A stretch of DNA of 64,000 nt from Escherichia phage SKA64, in sequence record OM362897.1; one strand, 5' to 3'. Shown piece by piece: positions 6,961-16,812 of the stretch. A program made the position numbers and the translations under genes. The stretch's first letter is position 1; the number at the start of each line of letters is the position of its first letter. Under the pieces are notes generated by a model. That model searched no databases, was not told the origin of the DNA, and saw nothing but the letters and a program-made list of their open reading frames with translations.

Positions 6961-7284
6961 ATGAGATTTACAAGACAAGAGGTAGTTGTGCTGGACGAAG
7001 CAATGACAATGATCGTCTTTTACTATGAAGATATCTTCTGTGCAGCATATCATTTAAATGACATTCAGATTGAATGGCAGCAGATAGCATTCCTGTTGGA
7101 CAAGAGTAATCATTTGGATGGCTTTGAGTATTTGGAGTGGGATGGTGCAAAGGAAGTTAAAATTGTAGGGTTAAATCACGATCAGATTGTTGACATGCAA
7201 TGTAAGTTGTGTCATTATCAGTTCTCAAACAAAGTCAAACTCGAAAGGCAATTGGAGGTGGTTAAAGATGATAGCACTAATTAG
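6961..7284 (+). CDS. hypothetical protein (first gene of the plus-strand block)
   Basis: 107-aa ORF with RBS-like aggaggct upstream. Confidence 0.4.
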   Translation: MRFTRQEVVVLDEAMTMIVFYYEDIFCAAYHLNDIQIEWQQIAFLLDKSNHLDGFEYLEWDGAKEVKIVGLNHDQIVDMQCKLCHYQFSNKVKLERQLEVVKDDSTN

Positions 7285-8114
7285 TGAGAACCCAATCCTG
7301 GCAACAATTGTTCTGATTTTTGCCATGTGTGTGGTTCACGATGTTCTGGTAAGCTACTTTGACAACAAAGGAGGTAAGAAATGAAAGACGTTATTCAAAT
7401 GGTATTCCGTGTAACACTAGATGGTATACACGTTGTTAAAGGCACACAGAACTACACAGAAGCGAAAGAACACTTCTTAGAGTGGATTGATACATTGAAG
7501 ACACAAGATGTGTCCTACAGCCGTGTTACGCTTACTGGCGACCATACCCCAATCATGGAGTACGTAAAGAAATGAGCAACTATCCAATTACAGGCGTAAC
7601 CTATTCTTGTGTAGCAAAAGGTGGTTTATATACAGTAGTGGAATTTCCAAAACCTGCCGGAATATCTAAAGTGTTTGATCCTGTGGTTATCTATGAAGAT
7701 CTTAGAACAGGTCAACGTTACTGGAGATTTGTGAATGACTTTTTAGATCGTATGGAGGTAGTAAGTGGCGAAAACACCGAAGAAGTTATCAAAGCCAAAG
7801 AACGTTACTAAGAAACCGAAAAACGAGGTTCTCAAAGTAGCCAAATCAGTTCCTAAGAAAGATAAATTTGATACGGAGGCATTCGTCTTTGACACACCAA
7901 TCGAGAAGATTGAAGAAGCGTTGCAACGTCTTGAGGAGCAGGAGGCAGATCCAATGGCTGAACCACTCACGGCAGACCAAATTTATTGGTGGGGAATATG
8001 GACTTTGCAACTACCAGAAGCAAAAAGAAGAGGAATGACTTCAGTTCCTACTTGTGCAAAAGAAGCGGCTGTGTTAGGTTTGTATGAGAAATCTAAAAAG
8101 AGGAGCAAAAAGAA

Positions 8115-8396
8115 ATGATCAAGACTTTCCTGAAGTGTGTAAAAGCAACAGATAATGAGTGGTACTCTGGATTATTCACTGCTGGCAAGAAATACGAGAT
8201 CCTCAACGGGACAGGCAAGAAGTTTTCTCTCGTTGTAAACGATGAAGGCACGAAGCAAATGGTATTTGCTGAAAGTTCTGTTTATGGTATCTTTGAAGTA
8301 GTGCAAGAAGGCTCTCCAATGATTCTGGAGTATCATGGCACTAATAAACCATATACTGCTATGGATGTTATCAACAACAAGAGGAATGCAAAATGA
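8115..8396 (+). CDS. hypothetical protein
   Basis: 93-aa ORF, start overlaps the stop of the upstream ORF. Confidence 0.35.
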   Translation: MIKTFLKCVKATDNEWYSGLFTAGKKYEILNGTGKKFSLVVNDEGTKQMVFAESSVYGIFEVVQEGSPMILEYHGTNKPYTAMDVINNKRNAK

Positions 8397-8774
8397 TTTT
8401 ACTCTATTCCGGTAAGGCAAAATACATGCAAGGTGTTAAACGTGTAGAGGTTACTAAGACAGTAACAATCGGGAAATCTTTTATCGTTTATTATTTCCTT
8501 GTTAATGGGAAGGAGTATGCTGTAGCAAAGACCTTGGTTGATAAGGGTAAAACGTGGAAAGTGGAGGCACTATGATCCCTGTAGCTGGATGGGTGGTATT
8601 GGCAACACTTAATGGGAATGTTACTGTGGAGACTAAAACCATCTTCAAAGCACCAGAAGATTGCTATAACTCCTTGGTAACTTGGCCTCGTGATGAGGAT
8701 GATAAGGCAGAGTATCATTGTTTTTACATTGAGGGTAAGCCTGTAGAATTTGAGGTTAAAGTGAAGGAGGAAAA

Positions 8775-9245
8775 ATGAGAATTAAAGTAACTAAAGCTTA
8801 CGATGATAACCCGAAGTTTATCTCTTTGAATAAGAGTTATGGTGTCGAAAACGGCGATGAGTTCGAGGTTATCGATCTTTTTGAGGATCACGGGTATATT
8901 GTCAAAGCCCCAATCACAGAGCAGGCTATTATCATCTTACGTACAGAGGCTGTTGAGGTAGGTTCTGATGAACCTCAATATGAAAGCCCATACATGACAG
9001 AGTGGATTGTGGCTGTAGATGTTGGAGGCAGGGTTTCTGTATTGAAAGCTCCTAATCTCCATCCTAGTTTTACAGAGAACGGTTTGACAGCTTTGGATTA
9101 CGGGTTGCCAGAAGATGTTGAGAATACACCGCCAGGTATGTACCGTTGGATTTGCTCTTTCCATGAAGAGAAGGATTGGGAATCAGGGCTTGTAGATGAT
9201 TGGCATTTTGAAGTGGAGAGTTCTTTTTTAATCATGCCAGCTTAG
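8775..9245 (+). CDS. hypothetical protein
   Basis: 156-aa ORF with RBS GGAGG, tightly packed. Confidence 0.4.
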   Translation: MRIKVTKAYDDNPKFISLNKSYGVENGDEFEVIDLFEDHGYIVKAPITEQAIIILRTEAVEVGSDEPQYESPYMTEWIVAVDVGGRVSVLKAPNLHPSFTENGLTALDYGLPEDVENTPPGMYRWICSFHEEKDWESGLVDDWHFEVESSFLIMPA

Positions 9246-9255
9246 AGGAGGTTAT

Positions 9256-9864
9256 ATGAAACTTGTGCACGGTGTTGGTGTTAATGATGCAAACTATCCG
9301 ATCAGGGTGCAAGATAAGGTTACGGGGAAGAGAGTCATGTGTCCTTTCTATCTAACATGGTCAAATATGTTAGGCAGGTGCTACCTTAAAAATAAGAGAT
9401 TTGAAGCTTATACAATGGCAGAAGTTTGTGACGAATGGAAGATCTTCAGTAACTTCAAAAGCTGGATGGAAAAACAAGATTGGCGGGATAAATTTTTAGA
9501 TAAAGATATCCTCTTTGAAAATAATCTTATATACTGTCCAGAAGCGTGCATTTTTGTTCCTCGTGAAATAAACAATTTCATTGTAGCAAGGAAGCCACAA
9601 AGGGGAGAGTGTTTGATGGGAGTAAGAACAAAAGGTCCATCTTTTGCTGCCAATTGCAGAGATGGGATTAAGGATACTCTTGTTTACCTTGGAACCTTCC
9701 CTACACAGATTGAAGCACATATGAAATACTTAGAGTATAAACTACAACTTCTTAGAGACTTGATTAGAACCGTAGAAGATGATAGATTACTTTTAGGATT
9801 ACGAAGAATTGAAAATAAGATAATCTTAGCCTTATCTTCAAAAACACCAATAGAAAGTTTTTAG
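9256..9864 (+). CDS. AP2-domain DNA-binding protein, possible homing-endonuclease-associated
   Basis: Segment GVRTKGPSFAANCRDGIKDTLVYLGTFPTQIEAH looks like an AP2 domain of the kind found in phage HNH-AP2 endonucleases. No clear nuclease motif seen. Confidence 0.4.
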   Translation: MKLVHGVGVNDANYPIRVQDKVTGKRVMCPFYLTWSNMLGRCYLKNKRFEAYTMAEVCDEWKIFSNFKSWMEKQDWRDKFLDKDILFENNLIYCPEACIFVPREINNFIVARKPQRGECLMGVRTKGPSFAANCRDGIKDTLVYLGTFPTQIEAHMKYLEYKLQLLRDLIRTVEDDRLLLGLRRIENKIILALSSKTPIESF

Positions 9865-9872
9865 GGGGTTAT

Positions 9873-10217
9873 ATGAAAGTTTGGATAGATGATATGAGGA
9901 ACCCAGCCGACTACGGACAGGCAGATGCAATTTGGTTTAAAACGTCACAAGAAGCTATGGCGTTTCTCAATGATCCTGCTAAACTGTATCGAAGAGTAAC
10001 CGAGTGGTCCTTTGACAACGATTTGGGTGAAGATTCTGACCAAGATGGGTATGATGTTTTCCTGTGCTTGGAAGAACTTCTGGCGTTTGGTAAACCTTGC
10101 TTTGGTTCACCTACCATTTTCGTGCATACTTCTAATCCCGCCGCTGGGGATAAATTCATGCTTGCAAAAGAATCCATGCTGCGTTATGGTATTAAAATGA
10201 TTCGTGTGCACTATTAA
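9873..10217 (+). CDS. hypothetical protein
   Basis: 114-aa ORF in the operon-like array. Confidence 0.35.
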   Translation: MKVWIDDMRNPADYGQADAIWFKTSQEAMAFLNDPAKLYRRVTEWSFDNDLGEDSDQDGYDVFLCLEELLAFGKPCFGSPTIFVHTSNPAAGDKFMLAKESMLRYGIKMIRVHY

Positions 10218-10376
10218 GGAGAGAACATGCATCATTCGGTTTGGTCGGAACAAGAAGAGGACGAAGGTTATTTTATCTACCGAGAAGAAGAGGATTGGCC
10301 CGACACAAGTAATGATCTTTTACTTCCAGATACTAGTTTTATCGAGGATAACTTAAGAGAGGAGGATTAGGAAACA

Positions 10377-10733
10377 ATGAGTGGTATTGAAAACAATATT
10401 TGTTACCAACCTCTTACCTGGATGGGTGAGGGTCATTATGCGCAACGTGTTATCGTCTGTGCTGCAAATAAGTATATTTTGAATAATGGTGAAGAGTTAA
10501 TTATTCCTTGTGTTCGACATGCAAATCCTGTATTATCTGCACAATTGAACGTATTGAAAGAAGCAGGTGTTCTTGATAAAGTGCATTGTCTTCCAAACAA
10601 TCAAGGTTTTATTGATCAATACTACAATTGGTGGAGTCGTGAAGATGCATACATTATTGCAAAACACGCAGACCAGATTGACTACGAACGTAATGGTCAT
10701 GATCGTGACCTATTTAGCGAGGGATTATACTAA
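10377..10733 (+). CDS. hypothetical protein
   Basis: 118-aa ORF. Its stop overlaps the next gene's start. Confidence 0.35.
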   Translation: MSGIENNICYQPLTWMGEGHYAQRVIVCAANKYILNNGEELIIPCVRHANPVLSAQLNVLKEAGVLDKVHCLPNNQGFIDQYYNWWSREDAYIIAKHADQIDYERNGHDRDLFSEGLY

Positions 10734-11284
10734 TGTTTATTACAAGCGATTTGCATTTTATGCACAAACGTATACGAGAGTTTGCTCCTGAATATCGACC
10801 GTGGGAAGATATGGACCACATGACAGAAGCACTGATCGAAGCATGGAATAAATGCGCTACGAGTCCAGGTGTCAAGATGTGGCATTTGGGTGACTTCTGT
10901 TTCGGGACTGAAGAAGATACCCGTAAGATTGCTTCCCGCCTCCAAGGTGATATCACTTATTGTGTTGGGAACCATGATTACAGCAAACACCGAGAAGTGC
11001 TTGCAGAGTATGGAGAAGTGGTGTATTATGACGAAGTGAAATATCAGAAGCTGTTCTTCGTCTTAAGCCATTACCCTATGGCCTCCTGGAATAAGCAAGG
11101 TCGTGGATCAATCATGCTACACGGGCATTCCCACGGATCTTTCCCTGATGAAGCTTATGGTAAAATGTTAGATGTGGGTTGGGATGCACACGGAAAAATC
11201 TTACATTTTGATGAGATAATTTCTATGATGAGTAAACGAGATATCGTAACTGTAGACCATCACAAAATAATCAAAGGAGAGTAA
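10733..11284 (+). CDS. calcineurin-like metallophosphoesterase (candidate RNA 3'-phosphatase)
   Basis: Motifs SDLHF, GDF, GNHD, GHSH. Sits directly upstream of the RNA ligase and kinase genes. Confidence 0.6.
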   Translation: MFITSDLHFMHKRIREFAPEYRPWEDMDHMTEALIEAWNKCATSPGVKMWHLGDFCFGTEEDTRKIASRLQGDITYCVGNHDYSKHREVLAEYGEVVYYDEVKYQKLFFVLSHYPMASWNKQGRGSIMLHGHSHGSFPDEAYGKMLDVGWDAHGKILHFDEIISMMSKRDIVTVDHHKIIKGE

Positions 11285-11285
11285 T

Positions 11286-12218
11286 GTGGCTAAATTTAAT
11301 TGCGACGATTTAGTTGAAAAAGGTTTAGTTCATAAGAAAACATATAAAGAAGGAGAGTATTCTGGTCTATCTGTTCTTAAGTATAAGAACAAAGTTTTCT
11401 GGGATAACCTATGGAACATTGATTCTCGTCTTCTAGAATGTCGCGGAATCGTTGTTGACGCTGATGACAATGTTGTTATTTGGCCTTTCACTAAGATTTT
11501 TAATCGTTTTGAGAATGGCACAGATCTACCAGCGGATGAATTTGTAGATGTTGTTCGTAAAGTAAATGGTTTTATGGCCTCTGTAGGTGTATATAAAGGT
11601 CAACTTATCGTATCGACAACAGGAAGCCTTGAATCAGATTTTGCAAGTATTGCAAAGAATCGTATTGTTTCAGAGTGCGATGACATAGAACATTTCATCA
11701 AATGGACAGAGAGTGCAAAAGCAACTTTCCTTTTTGAAATCTGTGATCCTTCTGATCCGCATATTGTCGAAGAAGAACCAGGTGCATACTTAATTGGTGC
11801 CAGAATTCAAAATCCTGACGGGACAAGTTTTATGTTACCTGAAGGTGCTCTTGATGGAATTGCTTCTGTCACCAAATTTAAGCGTCCTGAAGTTCATCCA
11901 ATGGTTAAGTTTTCAGATGTTGTTGAAATGTCTAAACATTGTAAACACGAAGGGTTTGTAGTTCGTGAAACAAACTATCCGTTCAACTTACTTTTAAAAA
12001 TTAAATCACCACACTATCTTACTAAGAAGTTTCTTATGCGCGGTGGAGATAAAAAGTGGGATCTGATTTGGGATAATCCACAAAATGCCAAACAAATTGT
12101 TGACGAAGAATATTACGCTTTGTTAGAATGGATTCGAAATAACTTTACGAAGACTCAATGGGCTGCTTTAAATCAGCAAGAGCGACGTGAAAAAATCGAA
12201 AACTTCTTTGGAGGATAA
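11286..12218 (+). CDS. RNA ligase, T4 Rnl1-like
   Basis: LLECRGIVVDADDNVV, PFTKIFNRFEN and lysine motif VRKVNGF resemble T4 Rnl1 (from memory). GTG start. Confidence 0.6.
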   Translation: MAKFNCDDLVEKGLVHKKTYKEGEYSGLSVLKYKNKVFWDNLWNIDSRLLECRGIVVDADDNVVIWPFTKIFNRFENGTDLPADEFVDVVRKVNGFMASVGVYKGQLIVSTTGSLESDFASIAKNRIVSECDDIEHFIKWTESAKATFLFEICDPSDPHIVEEEPGAYLIGARIQNPDGTSFMLPEGALDGIASVTKFKRPEVHPMVKFSDVVEMSKHCKHEGFVVRETNYPFNLLLKIKSPHYLTKKFLMRGGDKKWDLIWDNPQNAKQIVDEEYYALLEWIRNNFTKTQWAALNQQERREKIENFFGG

Positions 12219-12623
12219 ATGAAACAACTTATCATTTTACGTGGCGTTTCAGGTGCTGGTAAATCTACGGTAGCAGAAATTATTTCTGAAGGTTATTGGC
12301 CTATCTGTGAGGCAGATCAATATCATTACACAGAAAGTGGTGTTTACGATTGGAAGCCAGAAAATGTAGGTAAAGCACACGCATGGTGTCAGAGTATTGT
12401 TCGTGATGCTATGGCATCTAATCTTAACAAGATTATTGTTTCTAACACTTCAACCACAGAGAAAGAACTTAAACCTTATTTAACTCTTGCTGAAGAGTTT
12501 GGTTATCAAGTTATCTCTTTAGTTGTTGAAAATAGGCACGGTAATGATTCAATTCACGAGGTTCCACAATATATTCGTGATCAGCAAGAGAAGCGTCTTC
12601 GTGGTTCACTTAAACTTCAATAA
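12219..12623 (+). CDS. P-loop polynucleotide kinase-like protein
   Basis: N-terminal Walker A ILRGVSGAGKST. Size and context match a 5'-kinase module of a Pnkp-type repair set. Confidence 0.55.
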   Translation: MKQLIILRGVSGAGKSTVAEIISEGYWPICEADQYHYTESGVYDWKPENVGKAHAWCQSIVRDAMASNLNKIIVSNTSTTEKELKPYLTLAEEFGYQVISLVVENRHGNDSIHEVPQYIRDQQEKRLRGSLKLQ

Positions 12624-12632
12624 GGAGAAATA

Positions 12633-12956
12633 ATGCAGATTTATACAGATGATCGTAAATATGAGACAATTTTAGATGAAGATACTGGACGAATTACCGT
12701 TCTCCGCCACGGTGAAGAGTGGCGTGATGAAACGGGAGATAATTACATCTTGTCTCTGATTCATCTTATTGAACAAATGCGCGATGATTACGCTGAACTC
12801 CATTATGAAAATGAGGCGAATAAAGTAAAATTTGAAAATGAGTTAGAAGAGAAAGAATCCGAAATGGTATATCTAAAAGAAGAGATCTCTCGTTTGGAGG
12901 AAGAGATTGATGCTCTTCAGGAAGAGATTTACGAACTCATTAAGGACGGATTATGA
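12633..12956 (+). CDS. hypothetical acidic coiled-coil protein
   Basis: 107-aa ORF rich in E/L heptad-like repeats. Confidence 0.35.
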   Translation: MQIYTDDRKYETILDEDTGRITVLRHGEEWRDETGDNYILSLIHLIEQMRDDYAELHYENEANKVKFENELEEKESEMVYLKEEISRLEEEIDALQEEIYELIKDGL

Positions 12957-13144
12957 AAAAAGATATCGTTGTTGTTGGTTGGCTGACTTGCCCTTGTGGT
13001 AGTAATGACATAACTGTAAACACAGAGGGTGATAAAAATTATTTATTCTACGGTGATAAAATCACTTGCAATACCTGCGGACGTGTTGGTATTATAGAAA
13101 CCGATGATTGCTGCGTTTTTGAATCTTGGGATGAAGATGAATGA
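12953..13144 (+). CDS. hypothetical zinc-ribbon protein
   Basis: 63-aa ORF with CPCG...CNTCG. Confidence 0.35.
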   Translation: MKKDIVVVGWLTCPCGSNDITVNTEGDKNYLFYGDKITCNTCGRVGIIETDDCCVFESWDEDE

Positions 13145-13349
13145 GTACTGCATTTTATGTTCGTAGTGGGGACGAGGATTTTCTAGCTACTTTTGATGAC
13201 GGTGATCTTGAAGATATGTATGAAGATATGTTTGACTATGCCAAAGGGCAAGGTTTCACAAGCATTGATTATATGTTGGCAACATCTACAACGTTACTCG
13301 ACGCAGATTTGGATGAAGTGTGTAACAGATTGAAAATTTCAGTTTTTAA

Positions 13350-14477
13350 ATGGGAGGACTAATGCAACAAACAAATCAAACGCTGTATGGTAAAGATTCA
13401 AAAGGAAAACTTAAACAGTGGACAGTGTATACAGATGGTGCAGTTGTTACTGTAGCTCATGGAAGGGTAGGTGGAAAAATCACAGAAAAATCTTATACAG
13501 CAGAAGCAAAAAACATTGGTCGTTCCAATGAAACAACACCGGAAGAACAAGCTGAACTTGAAGCTTTTGCCAAATGGACAAAACAGTTAAAGAATGGCTA
13601 TTATAAAACAAAAGAAGAAGCTGAAAACCATGTTCCTTCCACACCAATGAAATGCCAGGATTATAAAGATTATCCTGAAAGGGTTGTGTTCCCTGGTTAT
13701 GCACAATACAAACTGAACGGGTTACGTTCTATGATTAACATGAAAGGGGAGTGTTTATCAAAAGCTGGGGAAGTGTATAACCTGCCACCTCATTGGAAAG
13801 GTATTCCAAACTTTATTAGTGAAGTTGTTGGTCATCCTCTTGATGGTGAAGTGTTTGCTGGGTTAGGTGTCCTTAGTCTGCAACAAATTAACAGTGCCTG
13901 GAAGAAGCATAATGCAAATACACCTTTGCTGAATTATTACGTATATGATATTCCAGTTCCAGATCTACCGTTTGAAAAACGTGTTGATGTTCTTGCTGCT
14001 CTTAAGGCAGTAGTTGAAGATTATGGTCTTGACGAGCTTATTTGCGTAGTTCATACAGAGTATATTGAAAACCAAGAACAGTTTGATGCTTTCTATGAAA
14101 AAGCTTTACTTGAGAAAGCTGAAGGTGTAGTATATCGTAATGCTCACGGAGTTTACGAATTTGATAAACGTTCTTATGACGTTATTAAACGTAAGCCTCG
14201 CCACACCCTTGAAGTTAAAGTAACAAATTCAAAAAGTGATAAAAATGGTGATGGAGTGTTGACAGGTGAGATGGAAAATGGTAAAGTAGTCGAATTCTTA
14301 ATGCGTAAAGATGCTCATGAGACTATCAATTATCGTAAAGCAGAGAATGCTTCTACCTTGATTAATCAGTTCGTTGAAATAGAGTATGAAGAATTTTCAG
14401 ATGAAGGTATTCCAACAAAACCTGTTGGTGTTCGTATTCGAGAAATGATCCCAGGCACTTGGGAACCAGCAGAATAA
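13350..14477 (+). CDS. ATP-dependent DNA ligase (nucleotidyltransferase superfamily)
   Basis: Motif I-like KLNGLR, and a C-terminal GVVYRNAHGVYEFDKRSYDVIKRKP segment resembling T7-type ligase motif V (from memory). Confidence 0.55.
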   Translation: MGGLMQQTNQTLYGKDSKGKLKQWTVYTDGAVVTVAHGRVGGKITEKSYTAEAKNIGRSNETTPEEQAELEAFAKWTKQLKNGYYKTKEEAENHVPSTPMKCQDYKDYPERVVFPGYAQYKLNGLRSMINMKGECLSKAGEVYNLPPHWKGIPNFISEVVGHPLDGEVFAGLGVLSLQQINSAWKKHNANTPLLNYYVYDIPVPDLPFEKRVDVLAALKAVVEDYGLDELICVVHTEYIENQEQFDAFYEKALLEKAEGVVYRNAHGVYEFDKRSYDVIKRKPRHTLEVKVTNSKSDKNGDGVLTGEMENGKVVEFLMRKDAHETINYRKAENASTLINQFVEIEYEEFSDEGIPTKPVGVRIREMIPGTWEPAE

Positions 14478-14869
14478 GGAGGAAAAATGTTCTTAGCCAT
14501 TTTAATCGTTTTCAGTGTGCTTTCTTTTTATTGTATGAATGCTTCTGAAAACTTTCCTAAGAATTCAAAGAAAAGAACCATATGTGTTGCGATTGATTCA
14601 TGTATGTCTGGAGTTGGGTATGCGGTAGTTTCTTGTTTCTTAGCTTATCATTGTGCAAAATACCTGGAGGCATTTTTATGATAATTTTAGCAACAATTCT
14701 TATGATGTTGATAGCAATTGCTATTGTAATTCTGGCATCTTTTCCGGCGGATAAATGGTATTTCAATATTCCACGTATGCTTGTTTTCGGTTTCGCAGGA
14801 ATTTACATGGGTGAGACTGTAGTAAATATTAGCAACTTTCTAGAAAGCTATTTTAAATAAGGAGTTATA

Positions 14870-15595
14870 ATGATCGAGAATTTTTTTAAAGATATTAAAT
14901 TCGATATTGAATTTTTCAAAAATGCAGCAAAGCACGTAATTGATTGGAATGCCAAAGCACGAGGTGGTGAACAACCTGAATTCACTCAAGAGCTATTTAT
15001 GTCCCAAATCGGGTTCGTTCGTGAAGAGCTTAAAGAGTATGAAACAGCCGCGAAAGTAAACGATCATGTAGAACTCTTGGATGCAGCAGCGGATATTTTT
15101 GTAGTATCCAGTTATCTTACTTACATGTTCTTTGGTGAAGAACATACGATGAATTTCTTGGACTATGCTGTAGGCGATGTTTTTACTCCAACTGTGTATA
15201 CTGATTTTGATGCTTTGGAACAAACATTTACAGAGCCAGTTCAAATGGCACTAATGGCTGCTGGTATTATGCGTATGTCTCGTGACACTCTAATCCGTTC
15301 AAAATATCCAGAAAAGAAAGTTATTAAAGAGGTATTGAAAAGTAATGATTCCAAGTATCCAACTAAACAACAGTTGCTGAAAACTTGGAAAACTTCGGAT
15401 ATCGATTCAGCCATTGCACAAGAATGCGCTGCAATTGAAGAACGAAATGCCAATCGTCCAGAAGGGGCATACACTGGTGTTCATGCTGTTTATAATGAAA
15501 AACAGAAAGTATATGTGTTCTTTGATGATAAAGGTAAGATCATGAAACCATCGACCTTTGTCAAACCTAATATTGCAGGTATTATTAACAAGTAA
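14870..15595 (+). CDS. putative MazG-like nucleotide pyrophosphohydrolase
   Basis: Acidic pattern REELKEYE...LLDAAADIF in a helical context. Weak assignment. Confidence 0.3.
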   Translation: MIENFFKDIKFDIEFFKNAAKHVIDWNAKARGGEQPEFTQELFMSQIGFVREELKEYETAAKVNDHVELLDAAADIFVVSSYLTYMFFGEEHTMNFLDYAVGDVFTPTVYTDFDALEQTFTEPVQMALMAAGIMRMSRDTLIRSKYPEKKVIKEVLKSNDSKYPTKQQLLKTWKTSDIDSAIAQECAAIEERNANRPEGAYTGVHAVYNEKQKVYVFFDDKGKIMKPSTFVKPNIAGIINK

Positions 15596-15651
15596 TGTTG
15601 TAAGCCGCCCTTTATGGGCGGTAATGTGAGATGTATTAAATAGGAGGAAAC

Positions 15652-16530
15652 ATGTTTGTAAAATCTTTTAAATCCGCTCTGCCTATGGTTGTTGGTGACA
15701 ATGCTTCTGTAGCATCCCTTAACAGCATTACAGATATTCCTCTGGAATTTGTAACAGCAGAAGGCTCCCAGTCACACACTATCGGTCTTGTTCGTTTCGA
15801 AGATGACTCTAAATTTGTAAAAGAGTTTTCAGACCTTGAACTGCTTAATGTAGGTCAATCTGTGAAGAAGGTAGATAAAAAGAAAGTTAAACGTATTTTG
15901 AATGAACGTCTAGAAGAAATGCGTCAGGACATGGAGAGCGAAGGTAAAGAGTTTTATGTCGATAAAGAAGTAGTCAAAGCAATGAAGGAAGATATTGAAT
16001 TTGCACTATTGCCTGAAACAGAACCTGAAGATTTTTTTAACTATGTTGTCTTGGATAAAACTACGAATCTTCTTTATGTTCTTAATGGAAGTAAAAAGGT
16101 TGCAGAAGAGATTACTTCTTTCCTCCGTTCCGTTCTGGGGACTTTCCCTTCGGTAGGTTTTAGTGTGCATGAAGAAGCTATTGTAAAAGGTTTTGGTGAA
16201 TTGCTGGAGAATCACGAAGCAGATCGTATTACTCTCGGAAATTATATCAAAATGGAGGATAGCGAGGGCGTTGTTGTTTGGAGTAAAGAATCCCTATACG
16301 AGTCTAAAGCTGTCGAACTAAAAGAAGATGGTAAAGATGTTGTTGCAATCGGTCTTGAATATGACGGTGTTGTAGATTTTGTAGTGGATAAAGAGTTTAA
16401 ACTTTCTAAACTACGTTTTCCGAAATATTTTGCAGACGAAGAAGGTAGTATTGAAGCTTCGGTCCTTCTGTGCTTCAATGAGATTCGAGGTCTGATGGAA
16501 GATTTAACCAAAGCAACAATCCTTAAATAA
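15652..16530 (+). CDS. RdgC-like recombination-associated protein (tentative)
   Basis: About 290 aa. C-terminal DFVVDKEFKLSKLRF resembles the RdgC C-terminus recalled from E. coli. Confidence 0.4.
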   Translation: MFVKSFKSALPMVVGDNASVASLNSITDIPLEFVTAEGSQSHTIGLVRFEDDSKFVKEFSDLELLNVGQSVKKVDKKKVKRILNERLEEMRQDMESEGKEFYVDKEVVKAMKEDIEFALLPETEPEDFFNYVVLDKTTNLLYVLNGSKKVAEEITSFLRSVLGTFPSVGFSVHEEAIVKGFGELLENHEADRITLGNYIKMEDSEGVVVWSKESLYESKAVELKEDGKDVVAIGLEYDGVVDFVVDKEFKLSKLRFPKYFADEEGSIEASVLLCFNEIRGLMEDLTKATILK

Positions 16531-16534
16531 GTTC

Positions 16535-16563
16535 TTGACTTGCGGGATTAGTTATGATATTAT
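16535..16563 (+). promoter_or_regulatory. sigma70-like promoter
   Basis: TTGACT, 17-nt spacer, TATTAT. Followed by hairpin GCCTACCT...GGTAGGC-TTTTT at 16564-16592. Confidence 0.4.
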
Positions 16564-16602
16564 GCCTACCTACTTAATGAGGTAGGCTTTTTAGGAGGCG
16601 TT

Positions 16603-16812
16603 ATGAAAAAGATTCTGACAGTCGTTCTTTTAGCTTTTAGTTTCACAGTAGCAGCAGGTCAAATTACTTTAATCTTGTCTGATTCTGAAGTTAATGGCAA
16701 TACAAAATATTGCTACTATTCTAACGCTAACCAAGATGAAGTTATAGCAATCCCGAAAAGTCGTCAATGTCCGTATACTAAAACATTCTCAACAGAGGAT
16801 GACGATGAATAA
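16603..16812 (+). CDS. small secreted protein with signal peptide
   Basis: 69 aa, N-terminal MKKILTVVLLAFSFTVAAGQ, two Cys, acidic C-terminus. Confidence 0.45.
   Translation: MKKILTVVLLAFSFTVAAGQITLILSDSEVNGNTKYCYYSNANQDEVIAIPKSRQCPYTKTFSTEDDDE

Noticed and set aside
13350-14477. Considered that this ligase could be the RNA ligase and 11286-12218 the DNA ligase
   Set aside because: The 11286 ORF carries the Rnl1-like ECRGI block, while the 13350 ORF has a T7-ligase-like C-terminal motif and OB-like tail, so the assignments were kept as listed. Confidence is moderate.
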